A DNA stretch of 64,000 bases from Nemertoderma westbladi (Eukaryota > Animalia > Xenacoelomorpha). Made by a program: the position numbers and the translations under genes. Under the pieces are notes generated by a model that was not told where the DNA came from, ran no database searches, and saw only the letters and a list, made by a program, of their open reading frames with translations. Of the stretch, positions 39,315 through 51,687 are shown piece after piece. Position 1 is the first letter of the stretch. Each line of letters begins with the position of its first letter. The DNA is taken from contig JAUCBJ010007293.1 of NCBI GenBank assembly GCA_032718475.1, forward strand, positions 1-64,000. The letters are read 5' to 3'.

Positions 39315-41121
39315 AATATATTATAGGCCTAATGCCTAAAGCAATAATTGAAATGAAAGCTGTTCCGTGCCTAATCTAGAGAAATACCCTATCTACAGCT
39401 GGAAACAGGTATATTTCAAATGTCCCTCCAGTGCTCCAGACTTTGTCTCATCTCATTTTATATTAATTGTCTTGCATATGTTAACTATAGCTATTATTAT
39501 GTATGGTATTGACGGCGGCGTCCTTATTCTTTCCTATAAGACTCCATTCACCCTATATTAAGATGTAAATACCCTATCTCAAAAATATTGATATAGGGTA
39601 TTGTAGAATGCCCAAATATTTTTAGGCATTATACCCTATCTGTTCCAGCTGGCGATAGGGTGTTTTGCCTTAACATAGAGGTCAAATAGGTGTTTTGTAG
39701 GGTATTTTGCCACCTGAAAACTCTATTTGGCGCTCAGAAACAGCCCTATTGTTCTATACTGTTAGATAGAGCGTAAAATTTTATGTGGATTTCTAAAATA
39801 AAAAAAAATTTGAGATTTTTTGAGATAGGGTATTTAGCCTTAACACGGCAGTATGATAGGTAGGGTTAAAGAGAGATACATACTATGCTTTGCACTTACA
39901 GGTGGTTTATATTCTTTATAGTAATTAAATGCTAAATGCTAAATGCACAGTTAAAAGATTCTGAAAATAAAATTGGAACCACAAATAATTAATTAATACC
40001 TAATAAATAATTATTTATAATTTAATTATTAACATTATTTTTTTCTACGTTTTTTTCCCATGTGTAATACGTAATTTTATTCTAATCTTGGTCCTTTTAA
40101 TTTATAAAAAGATAGAACGAAATAGTGTTACAAAATAAATTGAATTGTAGTATTTTACTCATATTGCTTCCATAGTTACTGCGATTCAAATTATTGTACT
40201 ATTCAATTCCTATTGCTGCCATACTCAATGTTTAATAATTTAGTGTTTTCGAACATTTATTACATAACTAGGATATTGAGTTCCATTGAGGAGTACTCCT
40301 TGTAGACACTAAAGTTGTAATATCGTCTTCCTAATAGTGAAAACGGTTTTTAAAAATATTGGGAAGTTTTCAAGTTATGGCACCTTTTTTAACCCTACTT
40401 TTGGTACAAGAAAAAATAAAATATAAAAAAAAAATATCAAATATAATTGTATTTTTGATTTACACCGTTTTTTGGTGTTCACAATTAGATGGAATAGAGG
40501 AGGTCGGAGTTGATAGTGGCGGAGTTGAAGATGAGGAAGGAGAGGAGGAATACTAGATGAAACCTTTACAAACTCTATTCAATCAGCCGTTATTTCTAGA
40601 ACAAGTAGATTAGTGTTATATCTTAAATCTGTGTTGATATATTAGTATTATTGAATTCATTGTATTATCAAAAAAATTATACTTATGGAGCTATTCATAC
40701 TTAAAAAAAAATTTGAGGGAATTCATATAAAATAAGATAGAAATTTCCGACATGTTTTTTTCGGCGTGTGCCAAATTTGTGACAGCACCAAATTTTGAAA
40801 TATATCAACTTTGTATTTTGCACAAAATGGGTATTTTGTGTTTCTGGTTTTGATGGAATATATGCGAGTTGCATCAGGCATATCAAACGTATATTTTTCG
40901 GTGCTGTGTGCAAAATGTGGTGCCAGCACAAAATTTTAGAAATCCATTGTGGTGGGAGTGTGTGGGCTCACCTGGACTGACCGGCTGTTTGTTTCTCAAC
41001 TCGCTAGCTAACTAGCTTATCTGGATAGCTGCCGGGTCTAGTTGAGGGAAAATCAGTGATAATAGCACCAATGGTTCCGCCTTACTCATTGGTTGTTTAA
41101 CATCATGCTTTATGTGTCCCC

Positions 41122-41470
41122 TTTTTGTGGGGCTAGCGACGAAAGTAAGCGAGCTTAGCATACAGGTACCACTAACTCAATCGGTGTGTCTGTTGTTCTG
41201 TTGATCTGTTGTTCTGTCGATCTGTTGTTCTGTCGTTCTGTCGTGGGGGCGGGCGACGAAAGTAAGCGAGCTTAGCTTACAGGTACCACTAACTCAATCG
41301 GTGTGTCTGTTGTTCTGTGGGGCGAGCCACGAAGTGAGTGAGCCTTAGCGTAGGGGTACCATTAATCAACCTGTCGTTCTGTCGCTTTTTTTGCGGTGTT
41401 CAATTTTGAATGTTAATAACTCGATCAATCCTCGATGAAATGTAACCAAACTTGGTACACAAATAGTCTG
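41122..41470 (+). mobile_element. Helentron-associated non-autonomous element (HINE/DINE-1-like) 5' region with triplicated head
   Basis: Inserted in a T-tract (empty site gtgtcccctttttg at 22312). Head gtgggg..cgacgaaagtaagcgagcttagc x3, ctgt(t/c)gtt microsatellite, then aaccaaacttggtacaca. Confidence 0.55.
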
Positions 41471-42834
41471 TCAAAAGTTTAGAAATTTTCCAAGTTGAAT
41501 TTGCTTGGGGTCTTCGTGCAGCACCAGTGTAACTAACTGTCTTACAGTTATAATAAATTTATTTATCCAAAATTATAACGCTTGACATCAGCAGGTTGCT
41601 AGGATACTAAATCAGCTGGGTTTCTAGCAAATTACGAAATTACAGTACTGCAGTAATACCATTGTGGCCTGTATGCCTGTACCGGTACTATACTCAATGT
41701 CAATCCCTGAATCAGGAATCCTGCAATCAGACAATACAGCAATAATGCAATACCATACTGTATTCGGTGTTTTACGGTACTGGCTGACGGTACTGGTACT
41801 GGTTACGGTACCGGTATAGTGATTATAGATCACGTACAGATGTCTCCTGGTACGTGGTACAGGACAGGCCTAATTCTGTAGGCCCTAATTAGCCATGCTA
41901 TGCACTGCAGTGCGGACTCCGGAGTGCTGGACTGCGGTCCTGAATTAGATTAGAGGGTCCATTGGCGCCGTACCGCCCTACTACTGTCAGAATGTAGAAC
42001 CGGACTGGTAGCAACTGCCAACTACAGAACTACCGGTACGGTACCGGTACTGAACTACGACAGCACTATAGGCCTACTGCATTTCTACGCTCCTGTCAGC
42101 GACGGAAGAAAATGAATTTCTTCGTTTGCGGTTTCTACTCTTGTTAACGGTTAAATATGTTAATTAAAGACTATGTATTGGTATGACCGACGGCACCGGC
42201 AACTGGTATAATCAGATGTAGATGTACATACCAATCTGCCAATACAACAATAGCAATAGGCCTACCCCTACCAACCATCCATCGACTCGGCAACTGCAAC
42301 AATGGAAGTTATGCGGACTAACCAGCTGACCGGCATTCTAAGATCAGGTACCCACTACCAGAGTCTACCCAGCTGCCCAGAAAAGTGTTGGAATTGAAAT
42401 CAAATAACTCACCACCAAGGCCGCCTCTGTCTGTTGACCTCGACTTTCGGTATCGCTGCCGCTACGGGCAAACTGGACTAACCGTAACCGAGGATGAAAT
42501 AATCCGGTTTTTTAATCTCACTCTGCCATCACCCAGTGCCCGGCGGTGTTGAAATTGATATGCATTGTACAAGCAGTAGGCCTGTTGCTCCGAGTTTCTG
42601 GCTGGTCGGGTGCAACTACTGCATCTACATTGCTACACTATAACTCAGGCTCATGAGGAATGAGTGCTGCGTAGACTATATTCCTATAAACCAAAACCAT
42701 ACCTGGCTTCGCCTATTGAACGCATTATAAAGATTGTCAGTCTTCGTTTAGGAAAGATATTTAAATACAAAACAGGACGAGCACAACGAGACTTATAATG
42801 AAGACGAGTACTGCATTGACTATTATTATTATAT

Positions 42835-43160
42835 ACCCAGCAAAGACACATCCGGCTAATATCCGGATAATATCCAGCTAAACCCCACTAAACCCGCTAG
42901 CTTGCTTTTTAGCGTTTTAATATCCAGCTAATAGCTGGATAATAGTATCCGGCAATTCGCTGGAGAAAATATCCACTAAATATCTGGAAAAAATCCTTGA
43001 TTTAGCGTCACTTTAGCGTATGAATAAATCGACCTAATAAATAGCGGGATTTTAGCGTCAGTTTAGCATGTAGAGAAGCTAAAACTAGCTGAGAGTAGCG
43101 GGATTTTAGCACCAATTTAGTCGCTAAATATAGAAGTAAATAGCGGTGTTCTAGCGACTA
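42835..43160. repeat. Short-period inverted/tandem repeat array beginning cccagcaaa, possibly an EnSpm/CMC-like element end
   Basis: Repeated tatccggctaa / tatccagctaa / tttagcgtca motifs in both orientations. The matching second terminus was not found. Confidence 0.35.
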
Positions 43161-43622
43161 AGGGATGGTGGGTGGAGACGTGGGGGGGGGGGGGGGGGGG
43201 GGGGTGTTGTACTTACACAAATCCCATCTCGGCGAATTAATATCTCGTCTCATTGTTAAATTATTATGGATAGGACTAAATATGAATTTTGGTTGCCGTC
43301 AGCAACCACTTCCCCCCCCCCCCCCCTTTTTTTCTGGATGGATGAGGCCATGTGTACAGTATTCCTCCATTACATATGTACAAACATACCCCAGGAAGCA
43401 GAAGACATTCGCCAAAGATATTGAACATTGACATATGGTTACTTATTCAGTTTTCACCCATGAAGTAATAATCTATGAGACAATGTTTAGATTACAGTAG
43501 GTATAACATGCCGACATTACCAGTGAAATACCCGAATTAGCCAATTTGAAATTTTAAAATAAATGTAATAATTTTAATCACTAGTTGAACGAAATTAAAT
43601 ATGAACCAACACATTCAATAAG

Positions 43623-44318
43623 TTATTTAGTTGGTCTTTCTAAGTTTGATTCACATCGGTCATTAAGATAAGCTGGTGACTCTATCCAACAGTAAAGAAT
43701 GATAATGAGAAACATCAAGCCAGATATTATAAATGGGAATTCAAACCCAAGTGCAGCAAAAACCGAGGATCCAAAAACTGGTGCAAGCATGTATCCTAAG
43801 TTGCCACTAACAACTGCTATACTAGTTAATATACTTCTTTGTGTCGGCCACAATTCCATCAACAAACTGAATGAATACATGAAACTGATGTTGAGTCCAA
43901 CTGTTTCGATGATACGCAGTGAGAAACATGCGAATATATATAAACCATTATTATTATTTGGGATGTATTTGACAAACCCAAAAGCTAACTGGGAAACTGC
44001 ACCAATAATTCCGAATAGTCCCAGAGAGATATTTGTTCCCCAATTGTTAATAGAGTGAGGACAACTAATATATATTACAAGTCTGACAGCGGCAAATATA
44101 GCCAGTAATGCACCAATCAAAGTCTTCGACCAATCCCGGTCTTCCACAACTATTGGGAAGAAAGACTCCAATAAATTCTGACACCAACCTGGCATCATTT
44201 GAACCACAACTAACATGACCACCAAAACATTAAGTCTCCAGCCCTTTCGATGTCCACTTTGATTTGCACCACTTTTATTCACTGAGTTTGACGTTTTGAG
44301 AGTTGAAGTGTCTACCAT
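43623..44318 (-). pseudogene. SLC18B1-like type B copy 2, N-terminal half only
   Basis: Identical in protein to 13347-14597 from HRKGW to ERPT, then truncated at ~43630. It has a different, longer N-terminus. Confidence 0.9.
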
Positions 44319-44759
44319 CTTCTCGATTGAGTGAGTGTATATTTATACTTATAGTGTTTCAATAATATTATAATTTAAAAAATATATATATTAATATTAT
44401 AATATTAAGATTACTTGAGAGCGATATGAAAGAATGATCCAAATACGAAACTAAGACAAAAGGGCAAAATAAAGTTTATTCCACCACTATGATGCCCTAC
44501 TGATGCCTTTATATTCATAGAATGGTCACTTTTTGTCAAACAATTATTTGTAAGTTTATGTTTATATATATGTTGTACATAATATAGTCAGATAGGGGGA
44601 GGGGGGGGGGGGGACTTTCAACGCAATAAAAATGTACCCCTCTCCAGGGGAAATTCGACGCAAATAACAGCTGATTACACCCAAAAATAAAAAGTTTAAT
44701 TTATTGTTTTGGTTGAGAATGACGTGCCACTGTAACCTGCTCATTTCCCTAAATTGAGA

Positions 44760-46480
44760 ATTGGGAAAAAACTCACAGATTCATTTGTGACACTTCACCA
44801 GATTGATCCAACTTCCTTATGATCCGTTACCAGTTGTAGTATGGTTCATATTCTAACCCGAGCCATAAGGTGAAATATTTATTGATAAATGTTCCATCGG
44901 AGCCATTGCCTTGGAAAGCAAGGGTCGTCAGGGACATAAACCCTTGTACTCACACTGGGAGCACTTTAGCAAGTACGGCATATCGTCAATGTATCAAATT
45001 GATGATGGTTGAGACATTCATTGTGTCTCTCCTTGGTTGAAACCTGGATTTGGAGTTGTATTATCTTTTGACTTTCCCCGTTTTCTCTGAACCATAGTAT
45101 GGTTTATCAGTTATTGTGTTGTAAGAGTCCCTCGTCCAATGCATTTCCATTCTAAACAGTAGAGTGGAAAAGTCAAAATTTGCGGGAATGTGTAGCACCG
45201 TATAGTGTCTGTTGTCACTGCATATCGCACAGCATGATTGTTTGTCGCTGTCTCTTACATAATGTCTGATGCTCAGGCATTTGAAGCAGGCCTGATGTTT
45301 CATTATTGCCTCGAAATGGGGCACCAACTCCGCGTATTTGAGCGGGTTGAGTGCGTCATGAGTTACGTCTCACTTGGGCACCCAATTGGTGAAGAAACTG
45401 GCCCTTTCTTTGGCCATCTTGATCTTGTCCTCCACATCTTCGTCAACGTCGGAGCCATATACCACCATAGTGCTGACAGGTTCACCTCCATTGCCGCCTT
45501 TGAAGCAACGGATTAATCTCCTCGGTTTATCTCCGAGATATTGAGATAGATAAACGAGATTTTGTCCATCAGTTATTTGGGTGGATCCAATCTGGGCATA
45601 AAACCGCTTTTTAAAACTAATAAAGTCTGCATGATTCCTGTTAAAACTTCGTATTTCCATTTTTGGCATTGAAAGGCAGTTTTCCAGCGCTCGAATGATA
45701 CTCAAATCCATCAATGTGGGTTTGCAGGGGTGTTGTGAGGTCTGTGTGCACTGCTGATGTAGGATGGATCTGACGGGATTTTGGCTTGCCGGAGGTTATT
45801 TGAATGTTCTGACGATTATGACGAAGGTTATGATGAGGGGTTGAAGTCTGTGGACCAGGCAGAACTCCATCAGCCGAATCCTTTTCAGGCTCGTCTGGCG
45901 CAATTCCCCTGTTAATCGGATCTACTTCACCTTCTGAGTACCTCTCGTAACCATTTTGGGCATTCTGGCCATGAAGGTGCATAGCAATCCTGTCCGAATC
46001 CTTTTCAGGCTCGTAGCGGGCACTATGGCCTACTTGGTCATTCTCCAAAGGTTTTCAAGAAGGCTTCATGTGGTGAGCGTTCCGACTGGGAAGATGTATA
46101 GCAATCCCCTCCAGATCCTTTTCAGGCTCGTATTGGGCATTATGACTTCCCTAGTCCATTTCCAGTATGAACTCTTGTGCTGCGTGAGAGAGTTTATGGG
46201 TTTTAAGGATTGGTTGGAGAGGAGTGGGTTGCTCGAATATAATAGTTTTCTCCAACTCGGGAATGGGTTCATATTCCCATTCGATCCCTCTCTCCCTATC
46301 CTTCTTTATTAGGAGATCTCGCTTGAGTAAAACGGTTTCGTACTCAGCTACTTTGGTGTTGTCCATACTTTTCTTTTGTATCATTATCTTTTCTGCCTTT
46401 ATATCTCGAGATTGCTGTTCCACATCCCATTGTTGTATCTTTTTTATTTTATCAAGTTCCCTTTTTTGTCTATCATTCTC
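44760..46480 (-). pseudogene. BEL/Pao gag fragment
   Basis: MPKMEIRSF..DFISFKKRF..LVYLSQYL (DUF1759-like) and CFKCLSIRH..CAICSDNRHYTVLH zinc knuckles. Confidence 0.85.
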
Positions 46481-49400
46481 TCGCTGATTTTTTATTGGTC
46501 AGATTTTATATGAAATTGCATATCAGGGCAATTCAGTTGTCAATTGGATATTACTGATTAATTTTAGTTAATTTGAGAGGGACAGTTAACATTAATTACC
46601 ATTCAAAGAGATTCGTTCATGCTTCCATTTGCATAGCATGCACTAATTATCGTTCAAAGAGATTCGTTCATGCTTCCATTTGCACAGCATGCATGCCCAT
46701 ACTATTTATTCTGTATAGATATAGCTTCGCTAAGTGGCTAAAACATATCAACTCATGTAGAGGAAGAGAGCTGATATCTCACTGCCACCTGTTGGCTACT
46801 AATTGATAGCCACTCATGAATCCTAAAAGATTATTGGCTTGAGTTACTTTAGTGTCTTATTGCAGAAATGAATATTCATCATATTATTACTTCTGGTGAA
46901 ATTAAATCTTAGGCCTTAAAGAAGGAATCTCGAGCTAATGCGAATTAGTTTTACTATTTCCCTACTAGGATCAAGGACTCATATATAGGAATTGTCATTC
47001 ACTCTAAATTTCTCTTCGATATTTTTTATCAGATATTTGTTTTATGACAAAACTGTTTCTAATTATATTTTATTGATTTGTAAAACCTACACCTTGTAAA
47101 ACCATCTGATTTTTTGTTAGTACATAGATTTGACTAGTCTGAATCTGACTGCAAAAAAACTGGTGTGGTTTGGTTATATTGCAGGACCAAAATTACAAGT
47201 AGTGAACAATTTTCATAAAATTTGAAAGTTACTAATTGTTTCTCAATACAGGTTTTCTGGGGCGCAAAATCCATTTGAAAATAATTGGAGAATTCAGAAC
47301 CACCACAAACCTCTAAAACGCGAGAAATAAGTTGTCACAAGCAATTGAACTATTGAATAGATTTTCAAAATTCCGTGCTAGCACCAAATTTAGCACTCAG
47401 CACCGACAAGTTTGATACGCCTGGTGCAACTCGTATATATTCCATCGAAACCAGAACCCAAAAACCCCTATTGCGCAAAAACAGGTTCAAATATTCAATT
47501 TACAAAATTGACATTTCAAAAATTGATGCTGGCAACAAAATTTGGCACCTGCCGAAAAAATCAAGTTTGAAATTTCTAAATTAATTTATATGAATTCCAT
47601 CAATTGCAAACACCAAAAAACCGGTATTAATAAAAAAAATAGAGATGTTGCAAATCAAAATTCATTGAAATGTAATTTCAAAAACGTCTCAAAAAAAGTG
47701 CCAAAAAAGGGTTGAAAAATTTTGCTATAACTCGAAAACTTCTCAATAATTTTGAAAACTGTTTTCACTATTAGGAAGACAATAGATTTTTAGGAAAAGC
47801 CATAAAATTTCAGATTCCCAACTGTCTTTGTTTCATAGTTATAACAAAAAAATCACGGGGGGATCATATTGACCCCCACCCCTCCCCCCGGGTTTAATAG
47901 GGTTAAAGAAGGAATCTCGAGGTAATACGAAGTAGAATTAGTTTTACTATTTCCCTACCAATGATCAAAAAAGGGTCAAGGGTCATTCTCTCTAAATCTC
48001 TTTTTGTTGTTTTTCAGGTATTTTATCTTTTATGTGTATTCTTATATATCTTTTCTGTTTATTTTATCAGGTATTTGTTTTATGACAACACTGTTTCTAA
48101 TTATATTTTATTGATGTTTAAGACCTACACCTGCTCTATAATGTTCTAACATCGTGTTTATTAGTGGCAACATTTGTCTTACTGACGGACGACACCGAAT
48201 CCTCTAGATTCACCTCGGTTTCGGTGTCATTCGAGCCCGCCCATCCCACTAACTCTCCACTAACTCATCCCTCGCGTATCTACCAGATAAGGTCCTATGT
48301 ACACTATACTGTACGGCATTATCCCCGATCGCAACAATTCAAACAGTTCTGTTGCGACCTCTCTCGCCCTCTCATTCGCCAACTCGCCCGGCCCAAATTG
48401 GTCTAAATAGTGAAAGTGTTTATTGCACTCACCCAGTCTGCGGTTTAATTTGGGTTCATCTAACTTTCCTCCCTTCTTGGCATCATTGAGAATCCTTCGT
48501 GTGGCAATGTATCCTCGTTGTAGATGATCACTCGTCACCATGTCCTCCTCTTGAGCATCTTGGTCTCCTCGTCTCGTCCAGCATCGCATGGCATGGATTT
48601 CACGGCGCATTTAACGGCAACTTATGCCCCATAGAACACAATGTATTCCTATTGTGGTTTGTGTTGTTCTTTGTGGGCCACTGTATATACTTAACTGTGA
48701 TTCGTAAATTGCAGTTCCCCATTTTCTCCCATATAAAAATACAATTGAATAATCCGATTTGAAGCTTTCATAGACAATAAAAGAAAAGTAATACAGATCG
48801 ATACATAGTATGATATAGTATGATGGATATACAGACTAGGTTGGTAGCTCAATTTGTACTCTTACAGTATTATTAGCATCGTAAGGTTTCTAGTTATTAG
48901 TTCAGGGGCGGAACCAGGGGGGGGGGGGGGGGGGCACATGCCCCCGGGCAATTTTTCAACTATGACTAGTGTAAGCACTAGCGTACCGAGGGTGGTGGCC
49001 ATGTGGCTATAGCCACCCCCTAGGAAAATGAGAAAGCATACTGAAAAACCCCTTCCATTTGAAGTGAAAAAATAAATATTACAAATATTAAAGATCCACA
49101 TACCAAATTTTCTGAAACAAAGGTATTTTTCTAAACTGAAAGCTTCGCATTGTAACCTGGCTGGCCAAGAGCTAGATCCTTGGGGGGTAGGGGGATAATA
49201 TGAATCGACGAAATTTCAAATTATTCCCTTTTGTGACTACATATTTCAATATGAGCCATTTAATTATTGTGTATTAAAGGCCAATAGCCCGATGAAATAT
49301 GTTGTTAGTTCAAGCTAAATTTAAACTAAAAAACATCAAACATGTCATGCAGACAGCAAATAAATCGAAATTTTGAAAGGGAATTTTTTTTTAACTTTTA

Positions 49401-50381
49401 TAATATTACTAGCAGGCAATACCCGAGGCATGTTACCCGGTATTTCCCGCTACCAGCATAGGCCTACTGGCGTACTGGTACCGGTATAGGTCTACTGACG
49501 TACCGGCGTTCCTGAAATAACTAGTGCATGTGGTTGTTCTGAAAAAATTTGTGGTGCGTATTTTTTTTTTGACTAAAAGTCGTTTAAAACGCACTGATAT
49601 TTTGATTTTATACAGTATGGGCTGTTAAAATATGGCTCAACATGTTTATTGGCAAAATTTAAACAAATTTTTGGCTTTAACCTGAAAAATTGGCTATAAA
49701 AACAGATAGGTTTTAAAGAACAACCGAAACCCTTTCGAATGAGCCCAAAATAAAGAAAATTGGTTAAAAAATGGTGGAGGAGTACTATTTTGAAAAATTT
49801 TAAATGTCATTCCGAGATAATTGCCTACAAAGTTTAACCCTTCCCAACAAAAGTGGCTGTCTGTTGTCTGGTTGGTTAATCATTTCTGGCACGAAAGAAG
49901 CACACCACCGAGCTAAAACTTTCATTATGGGGGTTTTCGGGGTCGCTGAATTCATTTCTGATGCCAGTTTTAAATTTTGGTGCAATCTAGTCTATCTCTC
50001 TGTCTATCAGTTGTCTGTCTGCCTTACAATTTGCATTAAAGTCAACAAGAAAAGTTAGAAATACATGCTGATCCACACATCAGTAGATGCTTGAAGACTG
50101 CTAGAAATTTTTCAACTCCTTTTCTGTAGCGACACTAGTTAGTGAATAGCACACAATCAGAACCTCTTTAGGTATTTTATCTAATGCTGCATGTGTAGTT
50201 GCATTCATCAATAGACAAATTCCACCTTTACCAATATAATCTGCTGTAACGAGGGCACGTCACCAACCACCTCCCATATCTGGTAAGGCCATATACCCCT
50301 GCAGCCGAGTATATTGGGTCCTCAACCCAGGACCAATTAATCCTAATTAAGACACATAGTTAAGATTGATAGGTCTATGAA

Positions 50382-50800
50382 ATGGCACATTAAAATTGTT
50401 CTATTATCTCAAATCGAACCAATACAAGTGCTGGAAATCCAAAGAGTTGGATAATTACATGTTAATGGCCATTCTGCTGGTTTATCAAATGATACCAGGT
50501 TGGTGTCACAATCTATTGTAGACCTTCTTCCCAATAGTTGTGGAAGACTGGGATTGGTCGAAAACTCTTATTGGTGCATTACTTGCTATGTTTTCATTGG
50601 TCAGATTTATAATATACATTACTTTCCCACATTCTATCAACAATTGGGGAACTCATATCTCTTTGGGTCTATTTGGCATTATTGGGGCACTTTCACAGTT
50701 AGCCTTTGGGTTTGTAGAATATATCCCGTATCATAAGAAGGAATTATATACAGTCACATGTTTTTCACTGCGCATCATCGAAGCTGTTGGACTCAACATT
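50382..50800 (+). pseudogene. SLC18B1-like MFS 5' fragment
   Basis: EDWDWSKTLIGALL...LRIIEAVGLNI, then interrupted by an LTR fragment. Confidence 0.9.
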
Positions 50801-51026
50801 TGTTAGCGAATCAATTCCGCCTCACCAAACCCCATAAAGTGAGCCATAAAGCAATATTGGGAGCACGAGGTTGATTACCAATATCAACCTCGTGTCACCC
50901 CAATAGAGTGGGAAGGAGAACCACACAACAAGGGTCAGGGGCCAAACCCCTAACCCAGAGAGAACAGATGGAGTGAACGGGAACACTCCACGGGGTGCCA
51001 ACAAGGGTATCAACCCTTGTCAAGGG
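50801..51026 (+). mobile_element. 5' fragment of a BEL/Pao-like LTR
   Basis: Starts tgttagcgaatcaattcc, resembling tgtaagcggattcaattcc at 2961, and shares acactc..acggggtgccaa with 3178-3198. Confidence 0.6.
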
Positions 51027-51687
51027 TACTTGCCCACATTCTATAGACGATTGGAGAACTCATATCTCCTTGGGTCTATGCGGAATTATTGGGGTACTAT
51101 TGGGGTTATTGTTGGGGTATTATTGGGTTTGTAGAATATATATCCCTTATCATAACAAGGAATTAATTATATACAGTCACATGTTTTTCACTGTGCATCA
51201 TCGAAGCTGTTGGACTCAACATTAGTTACATCAGTTACATTAGTTACATTCATTCAGTCTATTGATGGAATTGTGGCTGACACAAATAACTTTATTAGTT
51301 AGTTATTAGTGTCAACATGAATACACGGTAGCACCGTTTTTTGGTTCTACAGTTTTTGCGTCATTGGGATTTGAATTCCCATTTATAATACCAGGATTAA
51401 TGTTTCTCATTATTATATTCAAACACCTGCTCCGGAAACCCAAACACGATTGTCTGTGAATGTTTGTGGTTATCCTGACAATGCCCGGCAATGTTGACAC
51501 TAGATCTCTTCTCCAACAAATGTTTAGAATAGCAACATCTATCGGAGTTATTATAGGTCCTATTTTTGGTGGATTTCTCAACGATTACTTTGGAATGCAA
51601 GCAGCAAGTTCGCTTCTAAGCCTGTTGGTGTTGCCTTTTATTATATATTTGGTTGTTGTGTTTGCATTTAGATTTCGTGTTGGCTAG
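51027..51687 (+). pseudogene. SLC18B1-like MFS pseudogene (same lesions as 19038-19926)
   Basis: Shares the internal deletion and filler insertions with the 19-kb copy. Confidence 0.92.

Larger units (their letters stand above)
35930..39851 (-). mobile_element. Full-length Sola1-type DNA transposon
   Basis: ~37-bp TIRs ctgccgtg(c/t)taaggctaaataccctatctc and 4-bp TSD TATG (35926-35929, 39852-39855). The empty site with a single TATG is visible in paralogous copies (21322, 52396, 62851). Many subterminal ccctat/ataggg motifs. Confidence 0.88.

Noticed and set aside
40490-40556. Acidic mini-ORF as host exon
   Set aside because: Embedded in a multi-copy repeat whose paralogs lack it; no supporting gene structure.
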